Shown one piece after another: positions 16,028 to 25,689 of a stretch of 64,000 nt of DNA. Source of the stretch: Hoeflea sp. (GTDB taxonomy: Bacteria > Pseudomonadota > Alphaproteobacteria > Rhizobiales > Rhizobiaceae); the NCBI RefSeq assembly GCF_019084245.1, contig NZ_JAHRFE010000022.1; one strand, given 5' to 3'. The notes beneath the pieces are model-generated. The model was not told the origin of the DNA, did not search any database, and saw nothing but the letters and a program-made list of their open reading frames with translations. The translations under genes and the position numbers were made by a program. How positions within the stretch are numbered: the stretch's first letter is position 1; every line of letters starts with the position of its first letter.

Positions 16028-16043
16028 CCGGCCCGGGGAGCCA
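16028..16043 (+). other. att junction: 3' end of a tRNA (probably tRNA-Asn)
   Basis: CCGGCCCGGGGAGCCA, CCA-ending T-arm/acceptor fragment as recalled for rhizobial tRNA-Asn; no 5' half present. Confidence 0.6.
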
Positions 16044-16224
16044 AATTTCCTTTCTTACGTCTGGCGCCGCGCCCACACCCCTCGCCGGAGTTGTTCGGTT
16101 GGGTCAAGTGTTGCGGCTGTCGGCGAAAAAAGCGCTGTTGCGGGCGTTTTAATCCGCGGTCTCGTTTCGGCGCGCTCCCATATCCCCAACGTCTCGGAAC
16201 TTCAGCGTTTTTTCGCAAAACTTC

Positions 16225-16250
16225 TGATCCGCTTTTTCCGTCCACCCGTA
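16225..16250 (+). promoter_or_regulatory. RpoE (ChrR-partnered ECF) promoter
   Basis: TGATCC-N15-CCGTA versus Rhodobacter sigmaE consensus TGATCC-N15-GCGTA. Confidence 0.7.
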
Positions 16251-16304
16251 TGACGCAATCAAAAGGCTCGGCGACTTTCGCCCAAACGGAAAAAATGTAT
16301 CGGG

Positions 16305-17765
16305 ATGGCACGCGACACCACATTTGACACGGACGCAGCAATCGTCTGGTTCCGCAATGATTTGCGGGTCAGCGACAACGCCGCGTTGATGGCCGCAAGC
16401 GCGCACAGCGCCGTTGTTCCTGTCTTCATCCGTGAAACCAATTCCCCTGCCCGGCCGCTCGGCGCCGCGCGGACCTGGTGGCTGCACCATTCGCTCCTGC
16501 GGCTTGGCCAGAAGCTCGAAAGCCTCGGCGCGCCGCTGCTTCTGCTAAGCGGTGATCCTGCCCAAATCCTGCCGGACCTGGTCAAGGCCAGCGGCGCGTC
16601 AGCGGTCTACTGGAACCGGCGTTATGATCCGTCGCACAAGGAAGCCGATGCGGCGCTCAAGGCCGAGCTTCAGGCCGACGGGCTGCGTGCCGAAAGCTTC
16701 GCCGGCCAGTTGCTGCACGAACCGTTGCGGCTCCAGACCGGCGGCGGGACCTACTACAAGGTCTACAGCCCGTTCTGGCGGGCGATGGAGCCCGATATCG
16801 AAAAGCGCCCGCCCCTGCCCGCACCGCAGTCGCTCACGCCGCTGTCGTCGGCTCGAGAGCTTGCGTCCGAAGAGCTGGCGAGCTGGAAACTGCTGCCCGT
16901 CAACCCTGACTGGTCCGGCGGCTTGAGCGACGCCTGGACGCCAGGCGAAGACGGCGCCCAGGCGCGGCTCACCGATTTTCTCGAAAACAGGATGCAGGGC
17001 TATGCCGAGCGCCGCGACATTCCCGGCATGGACGCGACCTCGGGGCTGTCGCCGCATCTGGCGAGCGGCGAGATTACGCCAGCGCAGATCATCGACGCGC
17101 TCGGCAATGCCGACTCGGACGCCTCCTCATCCGACCGGAGCAAATTCCGCAAGGAAGTCGGCTGGCGCGAATTCTCCTGGCACCTGCTCGCCAATGAACC
17201 CGGCCTGGCGGACCGCAATCACAATTCCCGGTTCGATGCGTTTCCCTGGATCAACAATGAGAAGACGCTTCATGCCTGGCAGAAGGGCCTCACCGGATAC
17301 CCGATTGTCGACGCAGGCATGCGCGAACTCTGGCGCACCGGCTGGATGCACAACCGCGTCCGCATGGTCGCCGCCTCGTTCCTGACCAAGCATCTGATGA
17401 TCGACTGGCGCCAGGGAGAGGCCTGGTTCTGGGACACGCTCGTGGATGCCGACCCGGCCTCCAATGCCGCAAGTTGGCAATGGGTGGCGGGCTCCGGCGC
17501 GGACGCCGCCCCCTATTTCAGGATCTTCAACCCGATCCTGCAGGGCGAAAAATTCGACCCCGACGGCGACTATGTCCGCAAGAACGTGCCGGAACTGGCT
17601 GAAATGCCTGCCAAATATATCCACAAGCCATGGGAGGCGCCAGACAGCGTGCTTGAAGCCGCAGGCGTCCGCCTTGGCGAAACCTATCCCGAGCCTATTG
17701 TAGACCATCAGGCAGCGCGCCAGCGTGCGCTCGCCGCATACCAGCAGATCAAGGATGCCGCATGA
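16305..17765 (+). CDS. phrB: class I deoxyribodipyrimidine photolyase
   Basis: WFRNDLRV.DN.AL, SGLSPHL..GEI, WREF, TGYPIVDAGMRELW.TGWMHNR.RM. Confidence 0.95.
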   Translation: MARDTTFDTDAAIVWFRNDLRVSDNAALMAASAHSAVVPVFIRETNSPARPLGAARTWWLHHSLLRLGQKLESLGAPLLLLSGDPAQILPDLVKASGASAVYWNRRYDPSHKEADAALKAELQADGLRAESFAGQLLHEPLRLQTGGGTYYKVYSPFWRAMEPDIEKRPPLPAPQSLTPLSSARELASEELASWKLLPVNPDWSGGLSDAWTPGEDGAQARLTDFLENRMQGYAERRDIPGMDATSGLSPHLASGEITPAQIIDALGNADSDASSSDRSKFRKEVGWREFSWHLLANEPGLADRNHNSRFDAFPWINNEKTLHAWQKGLTGYPIVDAGMRELWRTGWMHNRVRMVAASFLTKHLMIDWRQGEAWFWDTLVDADPASNAASWQWVAGSGADAAPYFRIFNPILQGEKFDPDGDYVRKNVPELAEMPAKYIHKPWEAPDSVLEAAGVRLGETYPEPIVDHQAARQRALAAYQQIKDAA

Positions 17766-19102
17766 ACGTTCATCTGTCGCCCCCAACCCTCAAGACCGGC
17801 CCCGAGCGACTGAAAATCGCCGTGATCGGTTCGGGCATCTCAGGCGCGTCCGCAGCCTGGGCGCTCCATGACCTGCATGATGTCACTGTCTACGAGGCCG
17901 ACTCGCGCCCCGGAGGCCACACGGCCACCGTCGATATCGAATATCAGGGCACACCTGTCTCTGTCGACACCGGGTTCATCGTCTACAACGAGCTCAACTA
18001 CCCCAATCTCACGGCGCTGTTTGCCCAACTCGACGTCAAGACCCATGACAGCGACATGAGTTTCGCGCTGTCGCTCGACCATGGCAAGCTGGAATGGGGC
18101 GGCGACAATCTGTCGACCCTGTTCGCGCAGAAGCGCAACCTGCTGCGCCCGTCCTTCATCCTGATGCTGCGCGAAATCCTGCGTTTCAACAAGATCTGCC
18201 TTCAGGACCGCGCCGAGGGCCATCTCGCCGCCCGCTCGATCGGCGATTATCTCAACTGGCGCGGGTTCTCGCCGGGCTTCACCAACAATTACCTGGTGCC
18301 GATGGCGGCGGCGATCTGGTCGACGCCGGCCAAGCGGATGCTCGAGTTCCCGGCCACCCACTTTGTCAATTTCTTCGAAAATCACCGCCTCATCTATTCC
18401 GAGCGCCCGGTCTGGCGCACGGTGACAGGCGGCAGCCGCAACTACCTCACAAAGCTGCTCGGCCCGCTTGGCGACCGCCTCCGGCTGAACGCAGCCGTCG
18501 TATCTGTGCGCCGCTCGGCGCAGGGCGTCGACATTCTCGACACCACCGGCCATTCCGAATCCTATGACCGCGTCATTCTCGCCTGCCACACCGACCAGGC
18601 GCTCCGGATGCTGGACCGTCCGACCGATGCCGAGCGCGAGATCCTGACCGCGATCCCCTATAGCGCCAATCGGGTAATTCTGCATCGCGACGAGCGGCTG
18701 ATGCCGGTGCGCAAGAAAGTCTGGGCCTCCTGGAACTACCTGCGCTCGTCTGACCAGCGCAGCGACGCCAATGTCGCCGTCTCCTACTGGATGAACCGGC
18801 TGCAGGGCATCGACGCGTCCATGCCGTTGTTCGTGACCCTCAATCCGGACCGCGAACCGCGCGCGGACATGGTGTTCGGCGAATACAGCTACGACCATCC
18901 CCAGTTCGGCCGCGACACCATGCAGGTTCAGGCCCTGCTGAAAACCATCCAGGGCGACAATCATACCTTTTTCGCCGGCGCATGGACCGGCTACGGTTTC
19001 CATGAGGACGGGCTCAGTTCCGGTCTGAGTGCAGCTGAAGCGCTGGGCGCCTCCCTGCCCTGGCGCACAGGCGCCGCAGCGCCCACCGAAGCGGTGGCCT
19101 GA
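17762..19102 (+). CDS. FAD-dependent oxidoreductase (RSP_1091/UfaD-like)
   Basis: GSGISG, GGHTAT, VDTGFIVYN, GFHEDG. Confidence 0.9.
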   Translation: MNVHLSPPTLKTGPERLKIAVIGSGISGASAAWALHDLHDVTVYEADSRPGGHTATVDIEYQGTPVSVDTGFIVYNELNYPNLTALFAQLDVKTHDSDMSFALSLDHGKLEWGGDNLSTLFAQKRNLLRPSFILMLREILRFNKICLQDRAEGHLAARSIGDYLNWRGFSPGFTNNYLVPMAAAIWSTPAKRMLEFPATHFVNFFENHRLIYSERPVWRTVTGGSRNYLTKLLGPLGDRLRLNAAVVSVRRSAQGVDILDTTGHSESYDRVILACHTDQALRMLDRPTDAEREILTAIPYSANRVILHRDERLMPVRKKVWASWNYLRSSDQRSDANVAVSYWMNRLQGIDASMPLFVTLNPDREPRADMVFGEYSYDHPQFGRDTMQVQALLKTIQGDNHTFFAGAWTGYGFHEDGLSSGLSAAEALGASLPWRTGAAAPTEAVA

Positions 19103-19104
19103 CC

Positions 19105-19956
19105 ATGAACGCACCTGTCAAACATCCTGTCATCAACAGCGACGAGGCCCCGGCCGCAGCATCGCTCTACGTTGGCGACGTCATGCACCAGCGCATGAAA
19201 CCGGTCGGCCACCGGTTCCGCTACAAGGTCTACTCTCTGATGATCGACCTTGACCGGCTCGATGAGGCGGGTCGTCTCTCGTCGCTGTTTTCGGTCAACA
19301 AGGCCAATCTGGTGTCGTTTCACGAAGCCGACCATCTGCGCGGGGTCACCGGATCATCGCTGCGCGCGCATATCGACGATCTGCTGCGCGACGCCGGCCT
19401 CGTGGAACGGGCGGCGCGGATCGAGCTTGCCTGTTATCCCCGCATCTTCGGCCAGGTCTTCAATCCGCTGTCGGTCTTCTATGCCTATGGTTCGGACGGC
19501 GCGCCCGCGGCGATGGTCTACCAGGTGCGCAACACATTCGGCGAAAGCCACACCTATGCCTGCAGGATCGAGGATGGCGACGTGAGCCCGGCAGGCATTC
19601 GCCAGAGCCGGTCGAAGCTGTTCTACGTCTCGCCCTTCATCGAACTCGGCATGCGCTACAATTTCCGCATGAACATCCCCGGCGAGACGATCAAGTGGCG
19701 AATCCTCGAAACCGACCCGTCCGGACCGCTGCTTGCGGCGACCTATCACGGCGCCCGCCGGGCGCTCACGACAGGCTCGATTTTGGCTTGCCTCTTGCAG
19801 TTTCCGCTTCTGACGTGGAAGATTGTCGGTGGCATTCACTATGAGGCGCTCAAACTGTGGCTCAAGGGAATGCGTTACGTGCCGCGCCCGGCGCCGCCTC
19901 CAGCCGCGAGTTTTCGCGACCAGGCAAAGCTCGAGCAGCAGGCGGCAAAATCGTGA
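19105..19956 (+). CDS. DUF1365 protein (RSP_1090/UfaO-like)
   Basis: V.H.R..P..H.F.Y, FNPLSVFY, V.NTFGE.H.Y, VSPF. Confidence 0.9.
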   Translation: MNAPVKHPVINSDEAPAAASLYVGDVMHQRMKPVGHRFRYKVYSLMIDLDRLDEAGRLSSLFSVNKANLVSFHEADHLRGVTGSSLRAHIDDLLRDAGLVERAARIELACYPRIFGQVFNPLSVFYAYGSDGAPAAMVYQVRNTFGESHTYACRIEDGDVSPAGIRQSRSKLFYVSPFIELGMRYNFRMNIPGETIKWRILETDPSGPLLAATYHGARRALTTGSILACLLQFPLLTWKIVGGIHYEALKLWLKGMRYVPRPAPPPAASFRDQAKLEQQAAKS

Positions 19957-19993
19957 CGGACCAACACATGACCAGACGGAGGAGGCTGCGCTC

Positions 19994-21244
19994 ATGAAGA
20001 CTGAAGCCACCTGGAATGACCATCAGGCCGCCGAAAAGCTGTCGACGGACAATCTATCGGCCTATCTGCGCGGATTGCCGGCGAAAGCCAAGATGGCGCT
20101 GCGCGGGCTCTTGCACATGGGCCACGGCCGATTGTCGATCCGCATGCCGGACGGACGGACCGTATTGATCGAAGGCCGCGCCGAAGGCCCGGAGGCCGTG
20201 CTGATCCTGCACAACTGGAACCTCGCGCACCAGGCGCTGACCGCAGGAACCATCGGCGTGGCCGAATCCTACATCGACGGCGATTGGGAAAGCCCCGATG
20301 TCACTGCGTTCCTCGAATTGTTCCTGGTCAATGTCGAGGTCGGCAACACGCTGGCCGGCGGCGCGCGCGGTCTTGCGCGGGTGATGGAACTGATCCGTCA
20401 CTGGCTCAATTCGAATTCCCGCTCCCAGGCGAAGAAGAACATCTCCGCCCATTACGACCTCGGCAACGCGTTCTATTCGAAATGGCTCGACGAGACGATG
20501 ACCTATTCCTCGGCGCTGTACCAGGACGGCGCCAATGACCTGGCCAGCGCCCAGACCGCCAAGTACCGCGCGCTTGCCCATGCCACGGGCCTCAAATCCG
20601 GCGACCATGTTCTCGAGATCGGCTGCGGCTGGGGCGGGTTTGCGGAATTCGCCGCCCGCGAGATCGGCTGCCGCGTCACCGGCCTGACCATTTCCCGCGA
20701 ACAACTGGCCTTTGCCCGTGACCGTATCGAGAAGGCAGGCCTGTCCGACAGGGTCGACCTGCGCTTCCAGGACTATCGCGACGAGACCGGGCGCTATGAC
20801 GGCGTCGTTTCGATCGAGATGTTCGAAGCCGTTGGCGAGAAATACTGGCCGACCTATTTCTCGAAGGTGCGCGAGTGCCTCAAGCCCGGAGGCAAGGCCG
20901 GCCTGCAGATCATCACCATCAAGCCCGAGGCCTATCAGACCTATCGCGCCAACCCCGACTTCATCCAGCGATACGTGTTTCCAGGCGGCATGCTTCCCAC
21001 CGAAAACCATCTCACATCGCTCGGCGAAGCGGCGGGTCTAGAGCTGGTCGGCCATCGCGCCTTCGGTCCCGATTACGGCCGGACGCTGGCCGAGTGGCGC
21101 GCGCGGTTCTGGAATGTCTGGGACGACATCCAGCCCATGGGCTTCGACATCCGCTTCAAGCGCCTGTGGGAGTTCTACATGTACTACTGCGAAGCCGGCT
21201 TCCGCTCCGGCCACATCAATGTCCGCCAGGTGGTGTACAAATAG
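19994..21244 (+). CDS. cfa: cyclopropane-fatty-acyl-phospholipid synthase family methyltransferase (UfaM-like)
   Basis: HYDLGN.FY, LEIGCGWGG, SIEMFEAVG, YVFPGG.LP. Confidence 0.92.
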   Translation: MKTEATWNDHQAAEKLSTDNLSAYLRGLPAKAKMALRGLLHMGHGRLSIRMPDGRTVLIEGRAEGPEAVLILHNWNLAHQALTAGTIGVAESYIDGDWESPDVTAFLELFLVNVEVGNTLAGGARGLARVMELIRHWLNSNSRSQAKKNISAHYDLGNAFYSKWLDETMTYSSALYQDGANDLASAQTAKYRALAHATGLKSGDHVLEIGCGWGGFAEFAAREIGCRVTGLTISREQLAFARDRIEKAGLSDRVDLRFQDYRDETGRYDGVVSIEMFEAVGEKYWPTYFSKVRECLKPGGKAGLQIITIKPEAYQTYRANPDFIQRYVFPGGMLPTENHLTSLGEAAGLELVGHRAFGPDYGRTLAEWRARFWNVWDDIQPMGFDIRFKRLWEFYMYYCEAGFRSGHINVRQVVYK

Positions 21245-21251
21245 GCCGCCA

Positions 21252-21288
21252 TTCACCGCCGCCGCGACAAACCGCCGGCGGCGGTGAA
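21252..21288 (+). terminator. strong hairpin after cfa
   Basis: TTCACCGCCGCCG ... CGGCGGCGGTGAA inverted repeat. Confidence 0.45.
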
Positions 21289-21354
21289 CCGCGGGACTGC
21301 CCATGCCGTAGACACGGTCACACTCACCAGGGCAATGCCTGCGCAAGCCGGTTG

Positions 21355-22740
21355 ATGCCGATTTCGGATATTTCTGTGACCGCACAAAGCGACGCCACCT
21401 CCACCGCCCGTGAGAACTCCGCAACAGTGGCGGCGCTGCCCCTGCCGCGGATCATCGCCTATGCGCTGCCCGCCATTCCGCTCGCGGCGCTGACCTTGCC
21501 GCTCTATGTGCTGGTTCCGACCTTCTACACCGAGACGCTGGGGCTTTCGCTCGCCTCGGTCGGCTTCGCGCTGCTGCTGGTCCGGATCTTCGACGCGGTC
21601 AACGATCCGCTGATCGGCTGGGCCGCGGACCGGTTCCGACCCAGCTTCGGCCGCAGGCGGACGCTGTTTGCCATCAGCCTGCCGCTCACGGCGATTTCCG
21701 CCTTCATGCTGTTCTGGCCGCCGGCAGACGCATCTACCTCGTGGCTGGTGATCTGGGGCCTGCTCCTGTCGCTAGGCTACACCTCGGCGCTCATCCCGTT
21801 CTCGGCCTGGGGCGCAGAACTGGCGACCGATTATCACGGCCGTTCCAGGATCACCGGCTGGCGCGAGGGCCTGATACTGGTGGGCACGCTGATCGCCATC
21901 GCCCTGCCCTTTGCCATCGGCTTTGACCGGGCCGACGGCGTGCACGGTCTGGCCATGCTCGGCATCGCGGTGCTCGTCACCCTGCCGCTGTTCGGCGCGG
22001 TCGCGATCTTCGCCACGCCGGAACCCGTCGAGCATTCCAAGACCCGGCTCAACTTGAGGTCCGGCATCGGCCATCTGGCGCGCAACCGCCCCTTCGTCCG
22101 GCTGATTGCGGCGTTCTTTCTCAACGGCCTCGCCAACGGCATTCCGGCGACGCTGTTCCTGTACTTCGTCTCCGAGCGCCTGGGCATGCCCGATGCCCGC
22201 GGGCCGTTGCTGTTTTTCTATTTTCTCTGCGCCATCGCCGGCGTTCCGCTCGCCACCTGGGCCGCGCGGCGGGTCGGCAAGCACCGGGCCTGGTGCTACG
22301 CCATGCTGGCTGCCTGCCTCGCCTTCGCGCCCGCGCCGCTTCTGCCCGAAGGCAGCCTGATGGCGTTTGCAGTGATCTGCGCCGTTACCGGCGTGCTGCT
22401 GGGCTTCGACCTGGCGCTGCCGCCGGCGATCCAGGCCGACGTGATCGATGTCGACACGGCCGCCTCGGGCGAGCAGCGCTCCGGCGTCTATTTCGCCGCC
22501 TGGAGCCTTGCCACCAAGCTCTCGCTCGCGGGCGGCGTGGGCATCGTTTTCCCGGTGCTGGCGGGCTTCGGCTTCGATCCGGCGTCGGAAGCCGGGTCGG
22601 TGCGGGGACTGACCGCGCTGGCGGTCGCCTATGCCTGGGTTCCGATTGCCGCCAAACTGGCCGCGATCGCCCTTATGTGGAATTTCCCGCTCGACGAGGC
22701 CGCGCAGAAAACGCTCCGCACCCGCATAGAGACCGCCTGA
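21355..22740 (+). CDS. MFS transporter (GPH/MelB-like)
   Basis: about 12 hydrophobic segments, D...DPLIG...DR..GRRR motif. Confidence 0.88.
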   Translation: MPISDISVTAQSDATSTARENSATVAALPLPRIIAYALPAIPLAALTLPLYVLVPTFYTETLGLSLASVGFALLLVRIFDAVNDPLIGWAADRFRPSFGRRRTLFAISLPLTAISAFMLFWPPADASTSWLVIWGLLLSLGYTSALIPFSAWGAELATDYHGRSRITGWREGLILVGTLIAIALPFAIGFDRADGVHGLAMLGIAVLVTLPLFGAVAIFATPEPVEHSKTRLNLRSGIGHLARNRPFVRLIAAFFLNGLANGIPATLFLYFVSERLGMPDARGPLLFFYFLCAIAGVPLATWAARRVGKHRAWCYAMLAACLAFAPAPLLPEGSLMAFAVICAVTGVLLGFDLALPPAIQADVIDVDTAASGEQRSGVYFAAWSLATKLSLAGGVGIVFPVLAGFGFDPASEAGSVRGLTALAVAYAWVPIAAKLAAIALMWNFPLDEAAQKTLRTRIETA

Positions 22741-22750
22741 GAGCGCGAAG

Positions 22751-23554
22751 CTATTCGGTTTCGAGCGGCCGCGTCTTCCACTTCGTCGCCGCATTCATAA
22801 GCGCGAAATAGGCCGGGTACGGCAGGAACTGCAGGGCTTTCAGCGCATAGATGAAGCGGCGTGGAAAGGTGATCTCGAAGGATTTCGACTTGAGCCCGTC
22901 GGCAATCCGCGCCGCCGCATCTTCCGGCTGCATCAAGGCGGGCATGGTGAAGGCATTGTCGGCGGTGGCCGGCGTGTCGACGAACCCCGGATTGATCACC
23001 TGAATTCGCACGCCAAACTTGTCGAGATCAAATTTCAGGCTTTCGGCCATGTTGATCAGCGCCGCCTTGGTCGCGCCATAGGCGGCACTCGTCGGCATGC
23101 CTCCATAGCCGGTGACCGAGGAGACGATCGCCAGCTGCCCGCGCCCGCGCGCCTTCATCCGCTCGAGCGCCGGCACGAGGCAATTGACAACGCCGGACAG
23201 ATTGACCGAGAAACTCTTGTCGAAATCGCTGACCTTCAGCGTTTCCCCGTAAACCGGCAGATAGATCCCGGCATTGAACACGGCAAGCGCCAGGCCCTGG
23301 CCCTCGGCGTCGATGCGGGCCGCGATACCTTCCATCGCCTTCGTGTCCGTCACATCGCCCGGCGCGGCGATGATCTTGCCGTTGATACCTTTGGCGTCCC
23401 GTTCAAGCTCAGCCAGTGCATCTTCGCTGCGTGCGGTGGCGAAGACCGTAAAGCCTTCGCGCGCGAGCTTCACCGCCAGCGCGCGGCCAATCCCGCTCGA
23501 TGCACCGGTGACCCAGACGGAACCATCTTCAGGCCTGGCGGAATAGGTGGTCAT
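22751..23554 (-). CDS. short-chain dehydrogenase/reductase
   Basis: TGASSGIG, NAG, YGATK. Confidence 0.9.
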   Translation of the reverse strand: MTTYSARPEDGSVWVTGASSGIGRALAVKLAREGFTVFATARSEDALAELERDAKGINGKIIAAPGDVTDTKAMEGIAARIDAEGQGLALAVFNAGIYLPVYGETLKVSDFDKSFSVNLSGVVNCLVPALERMKARGRGQLAIVSSVTGYGGMPTSAAYGATKAALINMAESLKFDLDKFGVRIQVINPGFVDTPATADNAFTMPALMQPEDAAARIADGLKSKSFEITFPRRFIYALKALQFLPYPAYFALMNAATKWKTRPLETE

Positions 23555-23641
23555 GATCTCTCTCCAATGCAAAACGTCCGAAGCTTGATACGCTCCGGAC
23601 GTCCATTCGGTTGCGGCATTCGCGGAATAAAAGCGCCTGGA

Positions 23642-24292
23642 TCAGCCGATGATGTCGCCGATCAGCTGGCGGAAGGAGCCCGTCAGCTTCAGCGGCGCAT
23701 CCATCACCGCAAAGCCGATGCAGGGTCGGCCCAGGTCGACGCTGGGACGGTGATCGACCGAATCGTCAGCCACTGAAATGTCGCCGCGCCCGTAATGTCC
23801 GCGCGAATCGCTGAAGGCGCCATCGAGAACCAGGGACAGTTCGCTGCCCTCATGGGTGTGGGCCGGAACGGTGCGGCCCGGCTTGAGCCAGAACAGATTG
23901 ACATGGCAGCCCTCGATGTCGCCGAGGTCATATTCCTTGAACCCGGGCATCTTGGTGCGCCACGGCACATCACCTGCGTCAAAACCGACAAAATCATAAA
24001 GCGCCTTGGGGAACACCCGACCGTCCTGACTGGCGAATTCGGAAACCGGTGCAACTTCGGGGACCGGCGAAGCGAGTACGGAAGCAAGCATGGCGTCACG
24101 ATCGGACAGCGCCACCGGGTCGATATCCATCAGCTCGAGTCCGGCCATGGCTTCCAGATTGCGAACCTTGATCAGGTTTTTCGGCTTCAGTTCAAGATGC
24201 GCTTCGACCAGCACACGCGCAGGCGTCGGCAGCGTTCCCGCGACATATCTCGCAAGCAGCGAATCCAGTGTATCGATGTGTTCACGCACCAT
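23642..24292 (-). CDS. chrR: ChrR-family anti-sigma factor (ZAS plus cupin)
   Basis: LLARYVAG.L, HLEL (atypical HxxxC site), cupin HTHEG.EL.LVL.G. Confidence 0.85.
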   Translation of the reverse strand: MVREHIDTLDSLLARYVAGTLPTPARVLVEAHLELKPKNLIKVRNLEAMAGLELMDIDPVALSDRDAMLASVLASPVPEVAPVSEFASQDGRVFPKALYDFVGFDAGDVPWRTKMPGFKEYDLGDIEGCHVNLFWLKPGRTVPAHTHEGSELSLVLDGAFSDSRGHYGRGDISVADDSVDHRPSVDLGRPCIGFAVMDAPLKLTGSFRQLIGDIIG

Positions 24293-24377
24293 GCGTATCC
24301 AGCTTTCCATCATCTCGGCGTCTGTTTCGCGCTACAAGCGAATTAACGCATTCCAGTCTACTCTGATTGTCTCTGCT

Positions 24378-24403
24378 TACGCCCGGACACGCAATCCGGA
24401 TCA
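24378..24403 (-). promoter_or_regulatory. RpoE promoter of chrR
   Basis: minus strand TGATCC-N15-GCGTA, exact consensus. Confidence 0.8.
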
Positions 24404-24630
24404 CCGGAACATCCCGTTTCTCATTTTTGCCCTTTTAAGGCAAATAATCCCTTATGCTGTTATGTCCCGAAGCACCTCTTTCTTGCAACTTCCCCCTTGA
24501 GAAGCCACAACTGCCTGCATAGTGGCGCGATCCAGACAGATGGTTCCCATCTGTCTGGACAAATCGCCCCACCAGATCAATAGTTTGCTCCGCGCGCCTG
24601 TGTGACCACAGCAACCAACAGGAAATCCCC

Positions 24631-25668
24631 ATGCCAGCCCTCGACTCAGTCCTCGACGCCATCGGCAACACCCCACTCATTCGCCTCAAGGCGGCGTCCG
24701 AGGCCACGGGCTGCACCATTCTCGGCAAGGCCGAGTTTCTCAATCCCGGCCAGTCGGTCAAGGACCGCGCGGCGCTCGAAATCATCCGCGACGCCGAATC
24801 AAAAGGATTGCTCCGTCCCGGCGGCACCATTGTCGAAGGCACCGCGGGCAACACCGGCATCGGGCTGGCGATGGTCGCCCGCGCGCTCGGCTACAACACC
24901 GTGATCGTCATTCCCGAAACCCAGAGCCAGGAAAAGAAGGACGCGTTGCGCCTGCTCGGCGCTGAGCTGGTCGAGGTTCCCGCTGCGCCCTATCGCAATC
25001 CCAACAATTATGTCCGTCTGTCGGGGCGGCTTGCCGAGCAGCTGGCAAAGTCCGATCCCAACGGTGCGATCTGGGCCAACCAGTTCGACAATGTCGCCAA
25101 CCGCCAGGCCCATGTGAAGACCACGGCGCCGGAAATCTGGCGCGACACCGATGGCAAGGTCGACGCCTTCATCTGCGCGGTCGGCTCTGGCGGGACCTTG
25201 GCCGGCGTCGCCGAAGGCCTGCGCAGCCGTTCAAGCAGCGTCAAGATCGGGCTGGCCGATCCCGATGGCGCGGCCCTTCACAGCTTCTACACCACCGGCG
25301 AGATGGCCTCCTCAGGCAGCTCGATCACCGAGGGCATCGGCCAGGGACGCATCACCGCCAATCTCGAGGGCTTCACCCCCGACATGTCGTTCAACATTCC
25401 GGACTCCGAGGCCATTCCGCTGGTATTCGACCTGCTCGAATACGAGGGGTTCTGCCTTGGCGGCTCCTCCGGGATCAATGTCGCGGGCGCCATCCGCATG
25501 GCCCGCGAAATGGGGCCGGGCCACACCATCGTCACCATCCTTTGCGACTACGGCAACCGCTACCAGTCCAAGCTGTTCAATCCGGAGTTTCTGGCGTCGA
25601 AGAACCTGCCGCTGCCCGCATGGCTGACCCGCAAGAGCGAAATCTCCGTCCCCTACATCAGCGAATAG
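24631..25668 (+). CDS. cysK: cysteine synthase A
   Basis: IGNTPL, NPGQSVKDR (PLP Lys), GSGGT. Confidence 0.93.
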   Translation: MPALDSVLDAIGNTPLIRLKAASEATGCTILGKAEFLNPGQSVKDRAALEIIRDAESKGLLRPGGTIVEGTAGNTGIGLAMVARALGYNTVIVIPETQSQEKKDALRLLGAELVEVPAAPYRNPNNYVRLSGRLAEQLAKSDPNGAIWANQFDNVANRQAHVKTTAPEIWRDTDGKVDAFICAVGSGGTLAGVAEGLRSRSSSVKIGLADPDGAALHSFYTTGEMASSGSSITEGIGQGRITANLEGFTPDMSFNIPDSEAIPLVFDLLEYEGFCLGGSSGINVAGAIRMAREMGPGHTIVTILCDYGNRYQSKLFNPEFLASKNLPLPAWLTRKSEISVPYISE

Positions 25669-25689
25669 ATTCCACGAAAGCCCTTTTCC

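Larger units (their letters stand above)
1..16043 (-). mobile_element. Element 1: integrated head-only phage-like element (capsid-forming satellite / cf-PICI-like), left end outside window
   Basis: int, alpA, helicase, portal, protease, capsid, HNH, connector, terS, terL co-oriented on minus strand; no tail genes seen; tRNA 3' fragment at right edge. Confidence 0.8.
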
